Part shown: positions 1-12,720 of the stretch, one piece after another
Position numbering within the stretch: position 1 is the stretch's first letter
How the letters are laid out: every line of letters starts with the position of its first letter
Assembly: GCA_964641355.1 (NCBI GenBank)
Contig: CAZXND010000001.1
Coordinates: 151,858 to 215,857, forward strand
Direction: 5' to 3'
Origin: an uncultured Gammaproteobacteria bacterium
GTDB lineage: Bacteria > Patescibacteriota > Microgenomatia > Levybacterales > GWA1-39-11
DNA length: 64,000 nucleotides
Made by a program: the position numbers and the translations under genes
Notes under the pieces: generated by a model
Told to the model about the DNA's origin: nothing
The model's database searches: none
Seen by the model: only the letters and a program-made list of their open reading frames with translations

Positions 1-491
1 CGTAAAACCTCAAGTCCTGCGATTTCCCCAGCTTGCTTAGTTGCTTGCCTTTGCGCATCATCAAAATAAGCAGGTACAGTAATTACTGCTTGAGTTACTT
101 TGTCACCCAAATAACTCTCTGCGTCTTTTTTGAGTTTTTGAAGAATCATTCCAGAAACTTCTTGGGGAGTAAAGGTTTTTCCTTCTATTTCAACAACTGC
201 CATCCCTTCTCTTCCTTCTTTAACTGTATAAGGAAGCCACTTAAGATCTTCTTGTACAGAAGGGTCTTTAAACCTCCTACCCATAAGTCTCTTTATTGAA
301 AAAATGATTCTTTTTGGTTTAAGAACCATTTGTCGCTTTGCTACATCACCAACAACCCTTTCCACTGGATCCACAACTGATGGAGTAACATTTCTCCCTT
401 CAGAAGAAAATATTACCTTCGGAGACCCAGCCTCCATAACGGCTGTACACGAATTTGTTGTTCCTAAGTCTATTCCAATTATCTTTGGCAT
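1..491 (-). CDS. dnaK: Chaperone DnaK (5' part; runs off the window start)
   Basis: Manual translation from ATG at 491 gives [22 protein letters not shown], the Hsp70 N-terminal signature; lies downstream of hrcA-grpE. Confidence 0.97.
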   Translation of the reverse strand, partial: MPKIIGIDLGTTNSCTAVMEAGSPKVIFSSEGRNVTPSVVDPVERVVGDVAKRQMVLKPKRIIFSIKRLMGRRFKDPSVQEDLKWLPYTVKEGREGMAVVEIEGKTFTPQEVSGMILQKLKKDAESYLGDKVTQAVITVPAYFDDAQRQATKQAGEIAGLEVL

Positions 492-510
492 ATGTTTATT
501 TTAATAAATT

Positions 511-996
511 TTAATTACTTTTTGAACCATTTCCTACTTTGACATGAGCAGGTCTTAAAAGTTTTTCGAAAAGAATAAATCCAGGCCTAACCTCCTCAAT
601 TACCATACCGTCTTCTCCCTCTACAACATCTACTGCCTCCATATACTCGGGATTAAACTTTTCCCCTTCTGTCTTTATCTTTTCTACTCCTACCTCTGAT
701 AAAACATTTAATAAATTTTTAGCAGTTAACTTTACACCCGAATCTTCTGTAAACTTAGCAGCTAAAAATAGAGTGTCAAACGCAGGGATCATTTTTAAGA
801 AAAGTTCATGATTTGCATATTTTATTGTCTCACGCTTTTCTTCCTGCATCCGCTTTTCAAGATTACGATAATCCGCCACCGCCCTTTTCAATTGATTTTC
901 AAGGTCCGAAATCCTATCTTCAAATTCTACCAAATCTTTTTTGTTTAAGTCTTCTTTAAAATCCTCTTCTTGATTTATATTTTCGTCTTTCTTCAT
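511..996 (-). CDS. grpE: Nucleotide exchange factor GrpE
   Basis: LKRAVADYRNLEKR coiled coil, FNPEYMEAV and LLRPAHVKV motifs; between hrcA and dnaK. Confidence 0.96.
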   Translation of the reverse strand: MKKDENINQEEDFKEDLNKKDLVEFEDRISDLENQLKRAVADYRNLEKRMQEEKRETIKYANHELFLKMIPAFDTLFLAAKFTEDSGVKLTAKNLLNVLSEVGVEKIKTEGEKFNPEYMEAVDVVEGEDGMVIEEVRPGFILFEKLLRPAHVKVGNGSKSN

Positions 997-1002
997 TTTT
1001 TC

Positions 1003-1725
1003 TTACCATTCGGCAACTTCATCAACTAAATTACCAAAATACTTAACAATAGGTACAATAGCTTCATATTTTAATCTACATGGTCCAATTATACCAACCG
1101 ATCCATTATGATCTCCCTTTGTATGAAACCTAGAAAAAACAAAGCTATAAGGTCTTAAAACCTCATCCTCCAAATCTTCTCCTATAAATACTCCAAAACC
1201 ATTTTCTATTCTATTATTGACTGCTTCAAGATATGTATAGTTATCAAGAATATTAAGGAAGTTCTTTGTTATATCAATATCATAAAACTCTGGCATTTCA
1301 AGAACTCTTGAATAACCGGCATAAAAGATATCTCCATCATCAGTAGTCGTAACAGCTAAGGTTCCTGTTTTGTCAGCAAGTCTTTTTGTTATCTCTCTAA
1401 GAAATCTGTCCTCAGCTTTTCTTAAATCCCAAACTTTTTCTTTAACCTCAACCTCTTCAGCTACAGACAGCTCTTTTTCTTTCATTAATTCGTTAACATA
1501 AAATTTTAAAGCCTTACTTGATGGTACACGTCCAGCTGAGGTATGTTCCTTGCTTAAATAACCAAGCTTTACCATTTCAGCCATCTCATTCCTGATGGTT
1601 GCAGGAGAAACACCCACGTCATATTTTTTTTCTAAAGTCTCAGATCCAACAGGCTCTGCGGTATCAATATATTCTTTGATTATAAGCTTCAAAATTTCTA
1701 TTTGGCGAGGTGTTAAGTCATGCAT
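1003..1725 (-). CDS. hrcA: Heat-inducible transcription repressor HrcA (short form)
   Basis: EPVGSETL, SPATIRNEM, HTSAGRVPS and GIIGPCRL motifs. Confidence 0.96.
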   Translation of the reverse strand: MHDLTPRQIEILKLIIKEYIDTAEPVGSETLEKKYDVGVSPATIRNEMAEMVKLGYLSKEHTSAGRVPSSKALKFYVNELMKEKELSVAEEVEVKEKVWDLRKAEDRFLREITKRLADKTGTLAVTTTDDGDIFYAGYSRVLEMPEFYDIDITKNFLNILDNYTYLEAVNNRIENGFGVFIGEDLEDEVLRPYSFVFSRFHTKGDHNGSVGIIGPCRLKYEAIVPIVKYFGNLVDEVAEW

Positions 1726-1740
1726 ATGTTTAAATAAGAA

Positions 1741-1777
1741 TTAGCAAAATAATAACATGACTGCTAAATTTTGTCAA
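1741..1777 (-). promoter_or_regulatory. CIRCE-like operator overlapping the sigma70 promoter of hrcA
   Basis: TTAGCAAAA-N9-GACTGCTAA (1741-1767) against consensus TTAGCACTC-N9-GAGTGCTAA; minus-strand TTGACA (1772-1777)-17 nt-TATTAT (1749-1754). Confidence 0.85.
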
Positions 1778-1805
1778 GAGTATTCTTTTTTGTTAATCTT
1801 AATTT

Positions 1806-2156
1806 ATGACTTCAAGAAAAAAGTGGCTTCCTTTTATATATGTAGGAATTCTTGAACTCATTTTGTTAATTTATTTTATATTGTTTTTAGATCCACAGGA
1901 AAACTTTGATATTGGGAATATCTCTTTTTCACCGATTATTGTTTTTTTTGTTCTCATCTTCTTTACTGCATTATCATTTTTTACCTATATTCTTTTAAGC
2001 AAAAGAAGAGGAGTTTTTGCAGGATTTTTTTTTGTTTTGATACTTGGTTTAAGATTTCTAGGGTATAGGGAGTTATTGTACACAATCATACTTTTTTTAA
2101 TTTTTGTATTAATCGACACATTAATTAAGAGAAAAAGTAAGGGAAGTTTTAGATAA
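1806..2156 (+). CDS. Small hypothetical membrane protein (about 4 TM)
   Basis: 116-aa ORF with hydrophobic segments; -10-like TAATCT 6 nt upstream. Confidence 0.75.
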   Translation: MTSRKKWLPFIYVGILELILLIYFILFLDPQENFDIGNISFSPIIVFFVLIFFTALSFFTYILLSKRRGVFAGFFFVLILGLRFLGYRELLYTIILFLIFVLIDTLIKRKSKGSFR

Positions 2157-2196
2157 TTTATTTGTTTTTCTGATCTTTGCCTGGTAAAATTTCTCC

Positions 2197-3678
2197 ATGA
2201 ACAAATTTTATCGAAATAAAAATATTTCTGAAAAACCTTATCAAAAAGAAAAGTTACTCAGGAAGTATTACATCACAAATGCCATACCTTATGTAAATGC
2301 CAAACCTCATATAGGCCACGCTCTTGAGTTCGTACAGTCAGATGTAATTAAAAGATTCCATAAAGAAATTTTAGGGGAAAACGTGCTACTTTTATGTGGG
2401 GGGGACGAAAACGCAATTAAAAATGTTCAGGCGGCAGAAAAGGAAAATACACCAATTCAAGAATTTGTTGACAAAAATACTCAATTGTTTCTTGATTTAT
2501 CAAAAAATTTAAACGTTAATTTCGATGTATTCCAAAAAGGCAGCAACAAAGAACATCACAAGTCTTCACAAAAATTATGGGAACTTTGTGACAAAAACGG
2601 CGACATATATAAAAAAACTTATACAGGATTGTATTGTATTGGTTGTGAATTATTTTACGAAAAAAGCGAATTAAATAAAGAGGGTGAATGTTTCGAACAT
2701 CCAGGGAAACCCCTTGAAGAAGTTTCTGAAGAGAATTATTTTTTTAGACTTTCTAAATATCAAAACCGTCTCAAAAATCTGATAGAAAGTGGTGAAATTG
2801 AAATAATTCCACAAACTAGAAAAAATGAGGTTTTATCTTTTATCAACCAAGGATTAGAAGATATTAGTATATCAAGATCTAATATCCGAGCAAAAAACTG
2901 GGGTGTCCCAGTTCCAGAAGACAATAATCAAAGAATGTATGTTTGGTTTGACGCTCTTAACATTTACCAAAGTGGTGTAGGGTTTGGAAAAGATGAGGTT
3001 AACTACAAAAAGTGGTGGCCAGCTGACGTACATGTAATTGGTAAGGGAATAATTAGATTTCATGCTGTTTACTGGCCTGCCTTCTTAATTTCAGCAGGTT
3101 TAAAACTTCCTAAATCTATCTTTGTTCATGGCTACTTCACCATAGACGGAAAAAAGATGTCAAAATCACTTGGAAACGTGATTGATCCAATCGACATGAT
3201 TAATAAATACGGCGTTGACTCTCTTCGATATTTCCTGCTTAGAGAAATTCCTTCGACCGGTGATGGTGATTTTTCTGAAAAAAGACTACGAGAAGTTTAC
3301 AATTCAGATCTTGCAAATGGACTAGGTAATTTAGTAGCACGAGTTGCAAAACTATGTGAAAAATGTGAATTGAAAAGCAGTCCCGATGAGTACGAAATGG
3401 CTGAATCCTTAAAAAATCTAATCTACAAATACAAATTTAATGAAGCTCTTGAGTTTATTTGGTCTGAGATTTCTAAACTAGATAAAAAAATAAACACAGA
3501 AGAACCGTGGAAATTGGAAGAAGTAAAACTTAAAGAATCTCTTCCTGATTATGTCAATTTGATTCTTCAAATAGCCTCCAATTTAAAGCCATTCTTACCA
3601 GAAACATCCAAAAAAATTCTTTCTCAATTTTCTGGTAATATTAAAAGCACTTCTGCACTCTTTCCTCGATTGAGCTAA
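2197..3678 (+). CDS. metG: Methionine--tRNA ligase (short form without C-terminal tRNA-binding domain)
   Basis: AIPYVNAKPHIGH (HIGH), KMSKS, YVWFDAL and a CxxC knuckle. Confidence 0.97.
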   Translation: MNKFYRNKNISEKPYQKEKLLRKYYITNAIPYVNAKPHIGHALEFVQSDVIKRFHKEILGENVLLLCGGDENAIKNVQAAEKENTPIQEFVDKNTQLFLDLSKNLNVNFDVFQKGSNKEHHKSSQKLWELCDKNGDIYKKTYTGLYCIGCELFYEKSELNKEGECFEHPGKPLEEVSEENYFFRLSKYQNRLKNLIESGEIEIIPQTRKNEVLSFINQGLEDISISRSNIRAKNWGVPVPEDNNQRMYVWFDALNIYQSGVGFGKDEVNYKKWWPADVHVIGKGIIRFHAVYWPAFLISAGLKLPKSIFVHGYFTIDGKKMSKSLGNVIDPIDMINKYGVDSLRYFLLREIPSTGDGDFSEKRLREVYNSDLANGLGNLVARVAKLCEKCELKSSPDEYEMAESLKNLIYKYKFNEALEFIWSEISKLDKKINTEEPWKLEEVKLKESLPDYVNLILQIASNLKPFLPETSKKILSQFSGNIKSTSALFPRLS

Positions 3679-3709
3679 TTAGATTCATCTGATATTATAT
3701 TATCCTGAA

Positions 3710-4546
3710 ATGAAGAAGTCTTTACTGATAGGGTTTGCCGTAGTTCTTATTCTTTCTGGGTTTTTCATAATTTTAAAAATAACAAATTTTCTTTCACCTG
3801 TTGCAAAAGGGGCACTACAAGTGACATCTAATATCCAAGCAACAGTTTATCTTGATAATAAATCGGTTGGAACAACTCCTGTTTGTCTTTGCAATCAAAA
3901 TCAAACAATAAAAAATGGAGAATACAATCTCAGAATCTCTCCATTTGATAGTTCTCTTACAGATTTTCAAACAAGAATAAAAATCAATCCAAAGGTTCTT
4001 ACCGCAGTCGATAGAACCTTTCTTCCCGGAGCACTCGCAAATTCTTATACTTTAACTCTTGAGAAAATAAATAATCCTAATCCTGAACTCCTTGTTACAT
4101 CTATTCCGGATGGGGCGATTGTATCTATTGATGGAAATCCTTCCAATGTTACACCGCTGTCATTAAAGGATATAGCCGCATCTGAACATGAGTTGGAAAT
4201 TCAAAAAGCCGGATTTAACAAAAAAACTATTAGGATTAGAGTTGTAAAAAACTATAAACTAGTTGTAAACACAATTCTTGGAACTGAAATTAAAGGACTT
4301 GAAGATACTCCGTCCCCTACCCCTCAAGCATCATCCTCCGCTCTTATAAGAGTAAAGAATACAACAACAGGATTCTTAAGAGTTAGAGAAACTCCTTCTA
4401 TAAGTGCTGGAGAGATAACAAGAGTGATGCCAGGAGAAGAGTTTCCATTTATCGATGAGCAAGAAGGTTGGTATAAGATTAAAGTGGCCTCTAACGAAGG
4501 ATGGATTAGTTCCGACTTCTCAGAAAAAATAGAAAATAAAAATTAA
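3710..4546 (+). CDS. Membrane-anchored PEGA-domain protein with C-terminal bacterial SH3 domain
   Basis: N-terminal TM; two PEGA-like repeats (LQVTSN..ATVYLD..GTTP; LVTSIPDGAIVSIDG); LRVRETPS..GWYKI..GWIS SH3b. Confidence 0.85.
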   Translation: MKKSLLIGFAVVLILSGFFIILKITNFLSPVAKGALQVTSNIQATVYLDNKSVGTTPVCLCNQNQTIKNGEYNLRISPFDSSLTDFQTRIKINPKVLTAVDRTFLPGALANSYTLTLEKINNPNPELLVTSIPDGAIVSIDGNPSNVTPLSLKDIAASEHELEIQKAGFNKKTIRIRVVKNYKLVVNTILGTEIKGLEDTPSPTPQASSSALIRVKNTTTGFLRVRETPSISAGEITRVMPGEEFPFIDEQEGWYKIKVASNEGWISSDFSEKIENKN

Positions 4547-5496
4547 GAAATAAAATAAATGATAATTATTACCAATGCTATCCATGTTGAAACACCAGTC
4601 AAAAGATACTTATCTCCCAAAAGCACTCTTTCTGGGCTTTCTCCTTCACTTTTTTCATAAATATCTTGTAAATATCGCATCAAACCATATATAACAGGAA
4701 GTATTGTGATCATGAGCCATTTTCGTTGAAGATAATAAGGAAGGAAATCCGGTAAAAGAAGTTTATTAGATATTCCAATTGTCGAAGTTCCTTCAAGAAA
4801 TGTAAAAAGAGAATAAAATATAAATGTTGAAGTCGCAAAAATTGTTGCATATACAAGAAGCAAATTTTCTGAATAATGAGAGAGGCTCTTTCTCACTTCA
4901 TCTATTCTTGCCCCAGTGACATTTTTGAGCAATGTCAACTCTGACCTTCTTTTTCCAACCGCTAAGAAAAGAGATAAAGAAATCGTTGTTAATAACAACC
5001 AAACAGAAATATGAAAACCACTCAACACTTCTCCAGAAAAAACTCTAATTATATATCCTGCAGCAAGAATTAAGATATCAAAAATCACTACGCTTTTTAA
5101 ATAAAATGAATAAAGGATTTGCAAAAGCATATAGAAAAGAGCGACTAACAAAAATATTGTTCCCAACTTCAGAGCTATTAAAAGCGCAATGCATAGAAGG
5201 ATAAAGAATAGAACTAATGCCTCTCCTACTCCAACTTTTCCACTAGCAATTGGTCTAAATCTCTTGTATGGGTGTAGCTTATCTTTTCTGAAGTCCAAAA
5301 CATCATTAATGATATAGGTCGAAGATGAAAAAAAACAAAAAGCTATAAAACCCCAGAATACCTTTACAAAAACAGTTGGATCAAAAAGGTGTCCACCAAA
5401 AGTTATTGCGGCAAACAAAGCAAGATTTTTAATCCACTGTCTTGGTCTTAGCAATTTCAAAACGTAATATGTATGTGAGTGGTTCATCATTTTCAT
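4543..5496 (-). CDS. UbiA-family decaprenyl-phosphate phosphoribosyltransferase-like protein
   Basis: LRPRQWIKN, YIINDVLD..DKLHPYKRFRPIASG and KRRSEL motifs. Confidence 0.88.
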   Translation of the reverse strand: MKMMNHSHTYYVLKLLRPRQWIKNLALFAAITFGGHLFDPTVFVKVFWGFIAFCFFSSSTYIINDVLDFRKDKLHPYKRFRPIASGKVGVGEALVLFFILLCIALLIALKLGTIFLLVALFYMLLQILYSFYLKSVVIFDILILAAGYIIRVFSGEVLSGFHISVWLLLTTISLSLFLAVGKRRSELTLLKNVTGARIDEVRKSLSHYSENLLLVYATIFATSTFIFYSLFTFLEGTSTIGISNKLLLPDFLPYYLQRKWLMITILPVIYGLMRYLQDIYEKSEGESPERVLLGDKYLLTGVSTWIALVIIIIYFIS

Positions 5497-6554
5497 TCAG
5501 ACATAAATTTCTTTCCGATTATCAATCTCAAAGAAAATATCAAAGCACCAACTAAAACAACAAGAAGAATTATAGCAAATAATTTACCCTTACTTGAGAG
5601 GTTTAGTGCAATAATACCCAAAACCCCTGACATAACCCAATAAAAAAACGCTATACTTCTTTGTCCAAAACCTAAAGACAACAATAAATGGTGTAGATGT
5701 CCCCTATCATGCCAGAATGGGGATTTTTTTGAAAGAGTTCTTCTTATAATTGTTGCTACTGCATCGATTGTAGGCACTCCCATCACCAAAATTGCTGTTG
5801 CAAGCTTAACCCCTGAAAGAATAGAAAGAATAGCTATTGTAAATCCTAAGATTGTAGCGCTATAACCTGGAAATATTTTGGCCGGGTGGTAATTGAAAAA
5901 AAGAAGACCAAGAGCAGCTCCAGCAACAATGAAAGACATTTCGGCCGAATGAACATTTATCTGTTCGAGGTGTTGAAAACGAGTCGATGCTATCCCAATT
6001 ACAATAGCAGATATCACCGCAATCCCAGGCATTTGACCGTCAACTCCCTTACTCCAATTAAGCATATTCATCACCCAAACGATCCAAACGACAGCAAAAA
6101 TTCCGCCCAAAAGGAGGTCAAAGTTAAAAAATCTAAAATAAAAACTGTTAAAGCTCACAATTCCTCCGAATGGATTTGTCACAAAAGGGATATACACCCC
6201 CTGAGCAACTACTAAAATAGCGCATGCAATATTGGCAAAGAATCTTAAATACGGAGACAAGTCATACTTATCATCTAACACACCTATTAATGTAACTATT
6301 GCGCCAGAAAAAAGTATAGAAACAAATATTTTATCCATCGGAATAAAAATTACAGAAGTGAAAAGAACAGCCAAGTAAATTGGCAACCCACCCATTCTTG
6401 GAATAGGTTTTGTATGAATTATTGCAGGGTGTTTATGTTTTTTTGGATCATCTACTAATTTAAATTTATAAGCTATTTTTATAACCAAAGGAAATAAGAT
6501 CATTGAAATCGAAAATGAGACAAGAAATGGAAAAATAAGGTTTGTAAATATCAT
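5493..6554 (-). CDS. WecA/TagO-like polyprenyl-phosphate GlcNAc-1-phosphate transferase (GT4/MraY family)
   Basis: PRMGG, GVLDDK, NWSKGVDG, FNYHPAKIFPG and DRGHLHH motifs. Confidence 0.9.
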   Translation of the reverse strand: MIFTNLIFPFLVSFSISMILFPLVIKIAYKFKLVDDPKKHKHPAIIHTKPIPRMGGLPIYLAVLFTSVIFIPMDKIFVSILFSGAIVTLIGVLDDKYDLSPYLRFFANIACAILVVAQGVYIPFVTNPFGGIVSFNSFYFRFFNFDLLLGGIFAVVWIVWVMNMLNWSKGVDGQMPGIAVISAIVIGIASTRFQHLEQINVHSAEMSFIVAGAALGLLFFNYHPAKIFPGYSATILGFTIAILSILSGVKLATAILVMGVPTIDAVATIIRRTLSKKSPFWHDRGHLHHLLLSLGFGQRSIAFFYWVMSGVLGIIALNLSSKGKLFAIILLVVLVGALIFSLRLIIGKKFMSE

Positions 6555-6904
6555 AAAATCGATAAGATTATTTCTATATATGCAACCAGCCCCAATAAGG
6601 TAACAACCAACGCATTAAATGATAATATTCTAGACATTAAGGCATTTCGACTGTAAAAACTTGAGCATATAAGAGTGTTAATAAAAAAAATAAATATCAT
6701 CATAGTTGGTATTAAGAAAACAAATTCAGGCCTTGCGAGCCTTGACTCTCCCCAAGGAAGACTATTAAACAAAGGAATATAAGGTGGTAAGAACGGTTTG
6801 GAAATGACTGTTAAAAGTAAAATAAGCAAATTGATGGAAAAAGAGATTAAAACACAAGTTTTTACTACTTTATCTTTAAATAGAGAAAGTAAATTATTTT
6901 TCAT
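6551..6904 (-). CDS. Hypothetical membrane protein (DUF1648-like)
   Basis: 3 TM with LPPYIPLFNSLPWGE loop; overlaps the downstream gene start. Confidence 0.7.
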   Translation of the reverse strand: MKNNLLSLFKDKVVKTCVLISFSINLLILLLTVISKPFLPPYIPLFNSLPWGESRLARPEFVFLIPTMMIFIFFINTLICSSFYSRNALMSRILSFNALVVTLLGLVAYIEIILSIL

Positions 6905-6909
6905 AAGTA

Positions 6910-8412
6910 TTAATAGCTTCTTTCGTAAATATCGGTATCTCCCATTCTGTATTTTAGATTGTATCCCGAAACAAAATTTGCAAGATCAGAATTTTTTTTA
7001 GTAACAATTATGTACTTTGGTTTCTTTATACTTAAAGCTTTCTTTGTTTCATCAATAGCGTTTTTGTAAAAAGTGACGTGATAAGAAACCGCATACCTCC
7101 CAGGAGGAAGCTTGTTGGAAAGAGCATAGATTTGAGCACTATCACTCCAAAGAAAAATTTCATCATTTTTATTTGTATGTGTTTCTATAAATTTAACAAT
7201 GTCGTAATCACGTTTGGTATTCGGGTCAAAAAAATCAAGGTAACTATCAACAGATTTACTCTTAAAAACAAAGTCTAAATAGTTTCCGTAGTAACTGAAG
7301 GTTTTTGAGTAGTAGTGAAAATTTCTAAATATTATTAGGGTAGAAATTAATAAAATAACCATGTTAATCTTAATAAATTTTTTGTTGTCATATAAAAATC
7401 CGACCAACACAGATAGAGCTGGAATAAAAACAAGTACATAATGAGTGTAAGGACGCGCAGAAAAAAGAGTACTATACAATGAGAAGGTCACCCATAAATA
7501 CACGAATACCGCTGTCGTCCCTATCTTATGACTGTTTCTCAAAACAACAAAAATGATAATTATTAAAATTGCTGTTTTGAGAAATAAGAGTCCCATCGGG
7601 AATAAAAGAAAATTTCCGTAACCAACGTAACCAACATTCTGGGAAAATGCTGCTCTAAAATAGTCATTTATTGCTCCTCTGCCAAGAAAATAAAGAACAG
7701 TAATCATAGGCAAAAAGAACATAGATAAAACAAAATAGATCTCGGGTTTCAAGCTTGAAAGAAAGGCTTTAGGGTATGTTGTAATAAGTTTTAGTCTCCT
7801 TCTTGAGAAATTATTAGCATCTGACGTTGCAAAAAGACATAGCAAAAAAGCAATAAAATCAAATATTGCTACAGCTTTTATTAAAAATGACAATGACAAG
7901 AAAATTCCTGCATAGATTAAATATTTAATTTTTTTTCTGTCATCAATGAATTTAAAAATAAAAAACAGACTTAAAAGAGTTGGTAACACCATGAAGTTTT
8001 CTGAATTAGCAATATTTCCTTCATAAATGGGCGTTGCAAAAAACAGCGTAAAAACAATAGTAGAGATATAACTTGATCGCCTTGTTTTGAAAATTTTCCT
8101 TGATAGTATAAAGAAGATACAAGAAGCTAATATGCCAAAGACAAGAGAAACAAATCTAACGGAAAATTGATCACCATTAAAAATTGCATATATAATATAA
8201 AGAAGTGGAGGCTTATTATCCCAAATACCCTGATAGAGGAGTCTTCCTTGACGAAGTGCAATACCAATAACTTCATATATCCCTTCATCTCCATACCAAT
8301 AAGGCTCTATCAACGAAGGAATTCTTAAAACAAATAAGGACACAATAAAGACAAGAAACCAAGAATCACGATTGCCCTTCTCGTTTTTAAGAAGAGAAAA
8401 CAATTTTCTCAT
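6910..8412 (-). CDS. GT-C fold glycosyltransferase (ArnT/PMT-like)
   Basis: DEGIY acidic motif after TM1, WDNKPPL, multi-TM body and soluble C-terminal domain. Confidence 0.8.
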   Translation of the reverse strand: MRKLFSLLKNEKGNRDSWFLVFIVSLFVLRIPSLIEPYWYGDEGIYEVIGIALRQGRLLYQGIWDNKPPLLYIIYAIFNGDQFSVRFVSLVFGILASCIFFILSRKIFKTRRSSYISTIVFTLFFATPIYEGNIANSENFMVLPTLLSLFFIFKFIDDRKKIKYLIYAGIFLSLSFLIKAVAIFDFIAFLLCLFATSDANNFSRRRLKLITTYPKAFLSSLKPEIYFVLSMFFLPMITVLYFLGRGAINDYFRAAFSQNVGYVGYGNFLLFPMGLLFLKTAILIIIIFVVLRNSHKIGTTAVFVYLWVTFSLYSTLFSARPYTHYVLVFIPALSVLVGFLYDNKKFIKINMVILLISTLIIFRNFHYYSKTFSYYGNYLDFVFKSKSVDSYLDFFDPNTKRDYDIVKFIETHTNKNDEIFLWSDSAQIYALSNKLPPGRYAVSYHVTFYKNAIDETKKALSIKKPKYIIVTKKNSDLANFVSGYNLKYRMGDTDIYERSY

Positions 8413-9908
8413 ACTTTTTCGGTCACTTTATACTCCAAACGCTTTCCCAGCAATAACTGAACATGAGAAATTAAAGCAGGCAAAGCAGAAAGGAAAAAGC
8501 CGGAGATTGGCAAAAGAACAAACTCAAGAAGAAAAATAAACTGTCGAATTTTTGACGCATTCTCATATCTCTTTGATCTTAAATTAAAATCGACATATAT
8601 CATTAAGAATAAGGCAAAAAGACAAAGAGTAAGAATAAATCCTGACAAACGAGGAAGATTATACCCTAAACTCGTTCGAGTAAAAACTGGGTTGAGTATT
8701 ACAATAACATTCGCAGCAATAGTAATTAAGAACCAATTTACTGGCCATAAAATATGTTCTGTTAAAACATTCCAAACTAAAAAAGTTTTTCTAAAAAATG
8801 GAACATCTTTTACGGTGAACCACCACTTTAAATAAACTGCATCATCTGATATCCCCCAGGACCAACGTCTCTCTTGATGATATTTACTCATAAGACTTCC
8901 TAAATAAGTTTGTGACTGTGCTGAATCCATAGAAGTTTTCAGAAAAATCGGCTCTACCGTCACTTTACCCTTCGTGGCAAAAAACGCTTTGAAGAAAATT
9001 CTATAATCTTCAGGAATGACGTTAACATCCCAAAATCCTATTTCTTTTAAAAGTTTGAGCGATAAGGTGTAAGTAGAATTTGTAATAAGCCTCATTCTCT
9101 GAAGAAGGAGGGATGCACGCCAAAGACTTGAGAAGAAAGCACCCACTCGAATAAATGCAGGGACACGCCAGAAGTTATTGTAGTGAACATTTGCCGATTG
9201 CCAAAATTTGAGATAAGGCTCCTTAACTGTTAAAAAACTGTAACTAAGATAAGCAAGAAATTGAGGATCAAAAATTGAATCTGCATCAACAGATGATACT
9301 GTAATAAAATTTATATCCAACCTCATCTTTTCAACAAGCATTGCATAAGCTTCCTTTGCCGCAAAGGCCTGATTTGATGATTTTCCCTTAACTTCTCCCG
9401 GAAGATCAGGATGGAAAGTAAATTCCAAAGCACCAAAAACTTTTGAATACTCTGATGATAAAATCTTGGCTTTTTCCTTTGCTTCCTCCTCGCGCTCTTC
9501 CATGGCAATAAAAATCATAATCCGTTTTTGAGGAAAGGTTTGTTCCTTAAAGCTTTCAAGTGCTTGCTTCAATTTTTCAACTTTTTCTTTATAGGTAGGA
9601 ATTACAATTAAATGATTCACTTTTTCAAAATCTTTCTCTTTTTTTGCTTTTTCAAGCCAATTTTCATTTTCCGCTTCTTTTATTTTTCTTGCAGCAATAA
9701 ATGAGCATATTGCAAGATTAATAGATTTATAAAGCCAATAAATATCAAAAAAAATAATAAAGTATGCTAGAGCTACTGGTAGGAAAATCGCACCCCAGAA
9801 AGGGAGTGAGACTAGAAAAAGAGAAATAAGAGGTGGCATAATTTCAAGCAACCTGTGAGATTTCCTCGGATACCGTGTAAAAAAAGTGTCAAAAAATTGA
9901 TTAAACAT
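8409..9908 (-). CDS. Membrane GT2-family glycosyltransferase
   Basis: IPTYKE, GKSSN, DADS, PED and QERRW motifs of processive GT2 enzymes. Confidence 0.85.
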   Translation of the reverse strand: MFNQFFDTFFTRYPRKSHRLLEIMPPLISLFLVSLPFWGAIFLPVALAYFIIFFDIYWLYKSINLAICSFIAARKIKEAENENWLEKAKKEKDFEKVNHLIVIPTYKEKVEKLKQALESFKEQTFPQKRIMIFIAMEEREEEAKEKAKILSSEYSKVFGALEFTFHPDLPGEVKGKSSNQAFAAKEAYAMLVEKMRLDINFITVSSVDADSIFDPQFLAYLSYSFLTVKEPYLKFWQSANVHYNNFWRVPAFIRVGAFFSSLWRASLLLQRMRLITNSTYTLSLKLLKEIGFWDVNVIPEDYRIFFKAFFATKGKVTVEPIFLKTSMDSAQSQTYLGSLMSKYHQERRWSWGISDDAVYLKWWFTVKDVPFFRKTFLVWNVLTEHILWPVNWFLITIAANVIVILNPVFTRTSLGYNLPRLSGFILTLCLFALFLMIYVDFNLRSKRYENASKIRQFIFLLEFVLLPISGFFLSALPALISHVQLLLGKRLEYKVTEKV

Positions 9909-10725
9909 TTTTTGAAAAAACGCGATTAAAATTTTTTTCTATTTCTTTCTCGAACTCTAAAAACGAGAGTTTTTTTAACTTAGCGAGATATTCACCAATG
10001 ATTATAACATTTTTAGGCTCATTGCGAGTACCACGCAAAGGTATAGGTGTTAAGAAAGGACTATCCGTTTCACACATAATTCTATCTATTGGGGTAAGGG
10101 TAGCAAGATCTCTAAGCATGACTGTTTCTTTGGGAGCGATTCCTGGATAAGTAATGTTACCATCGAATCCAATATAAAACCCTAAATCCAATGCCTTTTT
10201 CAAGACATCCTTTGTACCCGCAAAGCAATGGAACATTCCAGGAGGATTTGAGAATCTACTTTTATACTTATAAAGTATCCTTATTACATCCTCTCCTGCA
10301 AGTCTATTATGTATTTGTACTGGTAAACCAAGCTCGATGGATAATTCAATTTGTTTTTCAAATGCGTCAAGTTGCAACCTTTTAACCTCAGTATTATTGG
10401 AATTAAAATGAAAGTAATCAAGACCAATCTCTCCAATTCCTATAACCTTTCTATTACTTGCCAAAACTTTTAAAGTCGAAAGCCAATCATTTTGTATTTC
10501 CCCTTCGAACTCTCTATCGGATTTGTCAGCATGATGCGGATGAACCCCTACAATAGCAAACATATCAGAATATTTATTCGCCAACTCGACCGCAATTTTT
10601 GAAGAAGATATGCTCGTACCTACATTTACGATCTTCGATACTCCGGCTTTTTTCGCATTATTGTAAACATCTTCCATATCCTTTTCGAAAGAATGAAGAT
10701 TTAAATGACAATGGGCATCAATCAT
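9901..10725 (-). CDS. tatD: TatD-family deoxyribonuclease
   Basis: IDAHCHL, GVHPH, GEIGLDY, HCF and ETDSPFL motifs. Confidence 0.95.
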   Translation of the reverse strand: MIDAHCHLNLHSFEKDMEDVYNNAKKAGVSKIVNVGTSISSSKIAVELANKYSDMFAIVGVHPHHADKSDREFEGEIQNDWLSTLKVLASNRKVIGIGEIGLDYFHFNSNNTEVKRLQLDAFEKQIELSIELGLPVQIHNRLAGEDVIRILYKYKSRFSNPPGMFHCFAGTKDVLKKALDLGFYIGFDGNITYPGIAPKETVMLRDLATLTPIDRIMCETDSPFLTPIPLRGTRNEPKNVIIIGEYLAKLKKLSFLEFEKEIEKNFNRVFSKNV

Positions 10726-10766
10726 TGATTTATTTTAATGAAACTTATTAACGTTTAAAAGAAGAA

Positions 10767-12713
<1,947 letters not shown>

Positions 12714-12720
<7 letters not shown>

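Noticed and set aside
33-504. Plus-strand ORFs 33-299 and 304-504
   Set aside because: Antisense shadows of dnaK. The same applies to the many short ORFs antisense to or nested within groEL, nrdJ and other long genes.
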